A stretch of DNA of 63,104 nt, filler included, from Limisphaerales bacterium (GTDB lineage Bacteria; Verrucomicrobiota; Verrucomicrobiia; Limisphaerales; SIBE01), in the NCBI GenBank assembly GCA_044225505.1. It is 4 parts of 4 records of this genome, joined end to end, with 100 filler letters (N's around TTAATTAATTAA, not from the genome) between each part and the next. Parts side by side here need not be neighbours in the genome. Positions count along the whole stretch, not along the records: positions 47,488 to 63,104 come from JBGAIN010000187.1; 3 more parts are not named here. One strand, given 5' to 3'. Shown here piece by piece: positions 58,644 through 63,104 of the stretch. The translations under genes were made by a program, and so were the position numbers. Under the pieces are notes generated by a model. The model saw only the letters and a list, made by a program, of their open reading frames with translations, had not been told where the DNA came from and made no database searches. Numbering within the stretch: the first letter of the stretch is position 1; every line of letters begins with the position of its first letter.

Positions 58644-59984
58644 TCAGCTCGGTTGTTGACGACAGATCTCAGCCCACTTCTCCATCGCGTCCTTCTTTCC
58701 GATGGCTTCCAAATGCGCCTCGTCCAGCGTCTCTTTGGCCCATTCCGGTGAGGATTCCGCGCGCAGCACCAAGTTCGCAATATGGACCGCAGTGGTGGCG
58801 TTAAAGGTCTCGGAACCGGAGCGGCTCGGCAGATGGTGCCACCCGACCGCTTGGACAATGGGCAGAGGCAACCCCCAAATTCCAAGGAGGGAAGCACCAA
58901 GCAACGGATGTTCCGTTCCGAACACTTCACGTTCAGCCGGACGAAGCCCGCAGCCGGTGCTCTCCGCACGTTGCACGGCCTGCGAATACCGATCGGCGAA
59001 GTTGGCTGCCAGCAAAAATTTGCCAACGTCGTGGAGCAATCCGGCCGTGAACGCCGCATCGGCGAGTTTGTCATCGCGCGTTTCGGCGTTGGCTAACCGG
59101 CGCGCTGCGCAACCGACCGCCATGGCATGCCGCCATTCGGCGACAGGGTCAAAACCACGGCAGGGATTAGAGTTAAACCCGGAGAAAACGTGAGCTGCCA
59201 GGACGAGCGCACTGGTGCGCTGCGACCCAAGAATCATGACTGCCTCCCGAGGACTAACGACAGGCTGGCTCAAACCGAAGAAGGCGGAGTTGACCACTTG
59301 GAGAACCTTGGCGGCCATGAGCGGATCCAAGCTGATCAGGTCTCCCACTTGATCCATGGAGCAGAGGGGGTTGCGAAGTTCTTCGACGACCTGATTGTAG
59401 ACTTCCGGAAACGCCGGAAGAATGCGCAACTGGAACAAGAGCGGCCGAACGGCCCCGTTCCCGATCAACTCCTCGATGACAAAGGTGCGAGTGATGATTT
59501 CGTCAACCGCATCCCAGTCCATGTCCGTCGAAATGAGCGTTGGCGGGATCGGGCCGAGGGCGACCGCACTGGGCTTTGCCGAAGGCGGATGGCGCACGAA
59601 CGGCACAATTGACGGGTACTTCCGCCGCAACTCGTTGAAACCGTCCAACCCAAGGCCGTCATTACACTCCGGTTCATAGATCACGCCTTGGACTTTAGAC
59701 CCCGCCAAAAACTCCTGCGCGCGGCTACAATCGATCGGCAGCACGCCCCATTTCTCGGAATTGCGAGTTAGATGCGCCTCAATATTATGACGCACTGATG
59801 GATTTCGCGACACCACCAGAATCATGCGCTTGCGGAAGTTGGGAGTCCGGCGCACGGGCGGAGCCGCTGGCTTGGGCGCGACCGCTTCGACCGCCTCGAC
59901 AACCACTGCGCGAGACGGCGGCAAGCAGACCGCAGTACCTTCCGATTTTGACCACGCCTTTCGAATGGAACTAAGAAAGCTCAC
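58644..59984 (-). CDS. HDOD-domain signalling protein with degenerate receiver-like domain; start uncertain
   Basis: LPAFP, DPLMAAKVLQVVNSAFFG, GLLHDVGK, WGLP. Confidence 0.88.
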   Translation of the reverse strand: MSFLSSIRKAWSKSEGTAVCLPPSRAVVVEAVEAVAPKPAAPPVRRTPNFRKRMILVVSRNPSVRHNIEAHLTRNSEKWGVLPIDCSRAQEFLAGSKVQGVIYEPECNDGLGLDGFNELRRKYPSIVPFVRHPPSAKPSAVALGPIPPTLISTDMDWDAVDEIITRTFVIEELIGNGAVRPLLFQLRILPAFPEVYNQVVEELRNPLCSMDQVGDLISLDPLMAAKVLQVVNSAFFGLSQPVVSPREAVMILGSQRTSALVLAAHVFSGFNSNPCRGFDPVAEWRHAMAVGCAARRLANAETRDDKLADAAFTAGLLHDVGKFLLAANFADRYSQAVQRAESTGCGLRPAEREVFGTEHPLLGASLLGIWGLPLPIVQAVGWHHLPSRSGSETFNATTAVHIANLVLRAESSPEWAKETLDEAHLEAIGKKDAMEKWAEICRQQPS

Positions 59985-60218
59985 AGAGATAATCGAGCAG
60001 CGGAATTGCCAACTGCTTCGCGCGTGCGGTTTAGCAGGAAATACGCCAGTCCGCCTTGGTCATTGGTGCGAAAAGAAATGGTCCACCTTGCCGAACTTGC
60101 TGTCCTTTAAGGGGAATGCTGAGTTCTCAGGAAACCGTCACGGCGCGGCAGGTGACGGGAAGGAAGCCCCGTCAAGAAGGGCCTGACAGCTCTCCAGGTG
60201 TTGTGTAGCCTCGGCAGG

Positions 60219-61868
60219 ATGAAGTCCAAGGGTGACATTCCATGGCGAAGGTGGCAATGGCCAGAGTCGATTCTCGTGGTGGTTCTTCTCTCGCCGCATC
60301 TAGGTGCGACCGACTTTTATGTTGCCCAGTCTGGAAACGATTCGGCACGCGGGGTTTCGAAAGAAAGTGCATGGAAATCTATCGAGCGAGTGAACGGCAC
60401 ACAACTCTCTCCAGGCGATCGAGTTCTGTTCGAGGGCGGGCAGCATTTCACGGGGAACCTTCGCTTAACAGGCGAAGATGCGGGAACCTGCGATGCGCCA
60501 GTGATCATCGGCTCTTTTGGAAGCGGTCCAGCATGGTTGGATGCAGGCACGGGCACCGGCATCTCCGTGGAGAGCGCCGGAGGCATTCGAATTGAGAACC
60601 TAAACATCCAGGGAGCCGGACGCACGAACAACCATGGCTATGGGATTCTTTGCGACAACAAGCAACCTGGAGACGCCACGCTTAAGTGCTTGCAGATCGA
60701 TCGAGTGCAAGTCGGTGGGTTCGGTGTCTTTGGCATCCTGATCTCAGGCGACCAGGGCGGATACGAGAATGTGCGCGTGACCGACTGTATCCTGCGGGAG
60801 AACCTTCGGGGAGGCATGGAAATCGCCGGACGACTCGCAGTGACCGCGACGAATTACGCTCATGCCAATGTCGAAGTGATTCGGTGTCAGGCCTATGACA
60901 ACTCAGGTGATCCAAATTATCTGAAAAACCATTCCGGCAGCGGGATGGTTTTATACCAGGTAAACGGCGGATTGATCGATCATTGTCAGGCTTGGAACAA
61001 CGGAGCGGAGTGCCGCTCGAAAACTGGCGGCGGCGTCGGAATTTGGACGTGCGCATCCCGTAACGTCGTCATTCAGCATTGCGAAAGTTTCGGGAATCGG
61101 ACAAGCGGTGCGGATGGAGGTGGATTCGACATCGATGGAGGGAGCATCGATTGCACTCTCCAATACAATTACAGCCACGACAATGACGGGCCTGGCCTGA
61201 TGGTCTACACATATCCGTATGCGTCCTACCAAGATCGAGGGTCTGTCGTTCGCTTCAATATCAGCCAGAACGATTCCCGTCGAAGCCGCACTTACGCAGG
61301 TCTTTATGTTCGAAGCTACGGTCCCCCCGTCTCGGGATTAGAAGTTTACAACAACACCATCATCGTCGGCCCCTGGTGTGACCAAGCGGCGTTTGTGTCC
61401 GGGGAGAATGTGCAAGCGCGATTCCAAAACAACATCTTCTTAGGCTCGCAGGGTGCCGTCCCGTTGCGCGTGGAAGCGTCCAACGACGGAATTCAGTTCG
61501 TGAACAATCTATTATGGAGCGATGGACGTGGCCCGGCGGTCGTCTGGGACGGAATGACCAACGCGCCCGGAACCAACGGGATGATTGCGCTAAGTCAGGC
61601 CGCCCAAACTGGGATCCAGAGACTTCTCTGGCAACCTCCCTCGTTCACACATTCCATCTCACTATCCCCCACCCCGAGATTAGGGAATCTGGCAGCCCTG
61701 AGGTTTTTCCGTCCTACACCGCCCTCGCTGGCGGCTCGGGCTGGATTAAATCTTTCTCAACTCTACCGAAACCACGGTCCGCCGCGTGATTTTATGGGAA
61801 ATGTGCTGACAGGAGAGAGCTCCTGGCCCGTGGGTGCGATTGGGCTGGGGTCCGACGGAGCGCCGTGA
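60219..61868 (+). CDS. Secreted right-handed parallel beta-helix protein (pectin-lyase-like)
   Basis: FYVAQSGNDSARG, PGDRVLF, DGGGFDIDGG, QYNYSHDNDG, YNNTI. Confidence 0.85.
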   Translation: MKSKGDIPWRRWQWPESILVVVLLSPHLGATDFYVAQSGNDSARGVSKESAWKSIERVNGTQLSPGDRVLFEGGQHFTGNLRLTGEDAGTCDAPVIIGSFGSGPAWLDAGTGTGISVESAGGIRIENLNIQGAGRTNNHGYGILCDNKQPGDATLKCLQIDRVQVGGFGVFGILISGDQGGYENVRVTDCILRENLRGGMEIAGRLAVTATNYAHANVEVIRCQAYDNSGDPNYLKNHSGSGMVLYQVNGGLIDHCQAWNNGAECRSKTGGGVGIWTCASRNVVIQHCESFGNRTSGADGGGFDIDGGSIDCTLQYNYSHDNDGPGLMVYTYPYASYQDRGSVVRFNISQNDSRRSRTYAGLYVRSYGPPVSGLEVYNNTIIVGPWCDQAAFVSGENVQARFQNNIFLGSQGAVPLRVEASNDGIQFVNNLLWSDGRGPAVVWDGMTNAPGTNGMIALSQAAQTGIQRLLWQPPSFTHSISLSPTPRLGNLAALRFFRPTPPSLAARAGLNLSQLYRNHGPPRDFMGNVLTGESSWPVGAIGLGSDGAP

Positions 61869-61943
61869 GGCCGTGAGCAGCAGCTAATCAGTGAATCTCC
61901 AAGCGCCTTGGGAACTCGAGCGCGCCAACTGGGACAGACAAGC

Positions 61944-61975
61944 AGAATCCCACTCCAACGGTGGAGTGGGATTCT
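61944..61975. terminator. 14-bp stem-loop between convergent genes
   Basis: AGAATCCCACTCCA-acgg-TGGAGTGGGATTCT; no strong T-tract. Confidence 0.55.
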
Positions 61976-62423
61976 AATCAAGATAGAGTGGTCGATAGCG
62001 CGGCGACCTCTCTCCGTTACCCGCGCGGCGCGGGTTTCTCAGCTATCGCTTTAATGCGAAACGTTGTAGTCAACGTGGTGCCAGCAGTGGTGAGGGTGGT
62101 TCTGGTCTTCGGCGTCGTCAGTGCGGTCGTTGCCGAAGTAATGATCACTGTAACTCGTGTTGTTCTCGTTCCGATGTTTCCTGTGTTAGTGGTTCTTGCC
62201 GACATTGCGGTCATGGCCTCATTCGTGCGTTGGCTTGGCGTCCGCACGGTTTCAGCCCTTCCCGACCTTCCTACCGAGGCGCTTGGCGACAGCGTGGGTA
62301 ACAACAAACTCGTCGCCGTGGGTTACACCTCTCTCTTGCCAGCCTTCGACGCTGCGACAAGTCTCTTGGGTGATTGGCGTCATGTTGGGGCAGAGTCTGC
62401 GAAAGGCTTAAGCGTGGGCTCGA

Positions 62424-62624
62424 CTATTTCTTGATAAACAACTTGCGTCCCAGGGCCAAACTTCCAAACGCCGCGCCTAGTAGCAGCCCAGAAGCGCCTG
62501 CATCCGGAACTTGGCTTCTAGGCGGTTGCCACTGATTCCAGTCATTGTGCGCCCAAGCGCTATCCGCAAAGCAGCAAAATGCAGCCAGACAAAGGACGGC
62601 GGAGAGGAGGTTGAATCGTCGCAT
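62424..62624 (-). CDS. VPDSG-CTERM (exosortase target) micro-protein, 66 aa
   Basis: Signal peptide ending AWA, 13-aa linker, VPDAGAS, TM helix, basic tail RKLFIKK. Confidence 0.82.
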   Translation of the reverse strand: MRRFNLLSAVLCLAAFCCFADSAWAHNDWNQWQPPRSQVPDAGASGLLLGAAFGSLALGRKLFIKK

Positions 62625-63104
62625 AGGTGTTTGTTTTCAACTGGCCAACCAGGTCCCGGCGAGCGGCTGTTCCGAGTGGAACGTCATTTTTTCCGTCTCG
62701 ATCTTGGACAAAGTTGCCTAATTTCTATACCCACTTATCAAAACAATTCTCCCCCCCTTCTGGTAACCGTGAGCCTAAAACCGCTCGCCGAGCCGCCGCT
62801 CTGCGGCTACTGAGCAGACGACATGGCAGGAGACAAATCTCGAGAGACCGGTGTTTTTGGGAACGGACCGTTCCCAAATCCTTCAGCCGGAAGGCACACT
62901 AGCCGAGCCACCGACGTGACGAGAGACCGGATCTAAGGAAGCACCACTAAGGAGCGGTCGAGCTGCGACGTCCGACGTCCATCCGATAAACCGCAAGAAG
63001 AATAACGGCGCCGATTACGGAGGCGATAAAGCCCGATGGCTCTCCTTCCGCGTACCAGCCAACCCCTCGGCCGAGGAAGTAGGCAACGTAAGCCCCCGCG
63101 ATTC

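Noticed and set aside
61961..62434. Val-rich plus-strand ORF, Thr-rich minus-strand ORF and a His/Asp/Asn-rich minus frame
   Set aside because: These are mutual shadows of one low-complexity tract; the H/D/N frame has stops (e.g. 62186-62188) and I cannot tell which, if any, is coding
1..63104. CRISPR array or rRNA genes
   Set aside because: No regularly spaced direct repeats with unique spacers and no rRNA-like sequence seen

Overview
GC-rich bacterial DNA, most likely from Verrucomicrobiota (Pedosphaera/Limisphaera-like). That assignment is inferred from the VPDxG-CTERM protein, the C-terminal 'FYR' domains and the gene content. The window is four similar-sized (~15.6-15.8 kb) contigs joined by artificial 100-nt N/TTAATTAATTAA linkers (15759-15858, 31660-31759, 47388-47487), so synteny across linkers means nothing. 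Most genes are housekeeping or metabolic (rbsK, pgpA-pgsA-rimO, leuA, thiH, pabBC, glmS, fabI, rlmN, recD2, mtnA, hpnA, addB). Main features missed by the ORF track: (1) a fossil integron, whose integrase N-terminus is split by a 359-bp TIR/TSD-bounded MITE carrying a REP-like doublet, followed by a candidate attI, one complete gene cassette with a canonical attC and the start of a second cassette; (2) a leucine leader-peptide attenuator upstream of leuA; (3) a folE2-dksA-rpmG-rpsR cluster in which all four proteins are zinc-independent forms; (4) tRNA-Cys next to a tyrosine integrase whose first catalytic Arg appears replaced by Ser; (5) internal deletions in thiS and mtnA; (6) micro-proteins, including a VPDxG-CTERM substrate with a ~13-aa mature part; (7) a secreted vanadium haloperoxidase-like gene paired with an unknown c-type cytochrome. 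All calls come from motif reading only; no searches were run.
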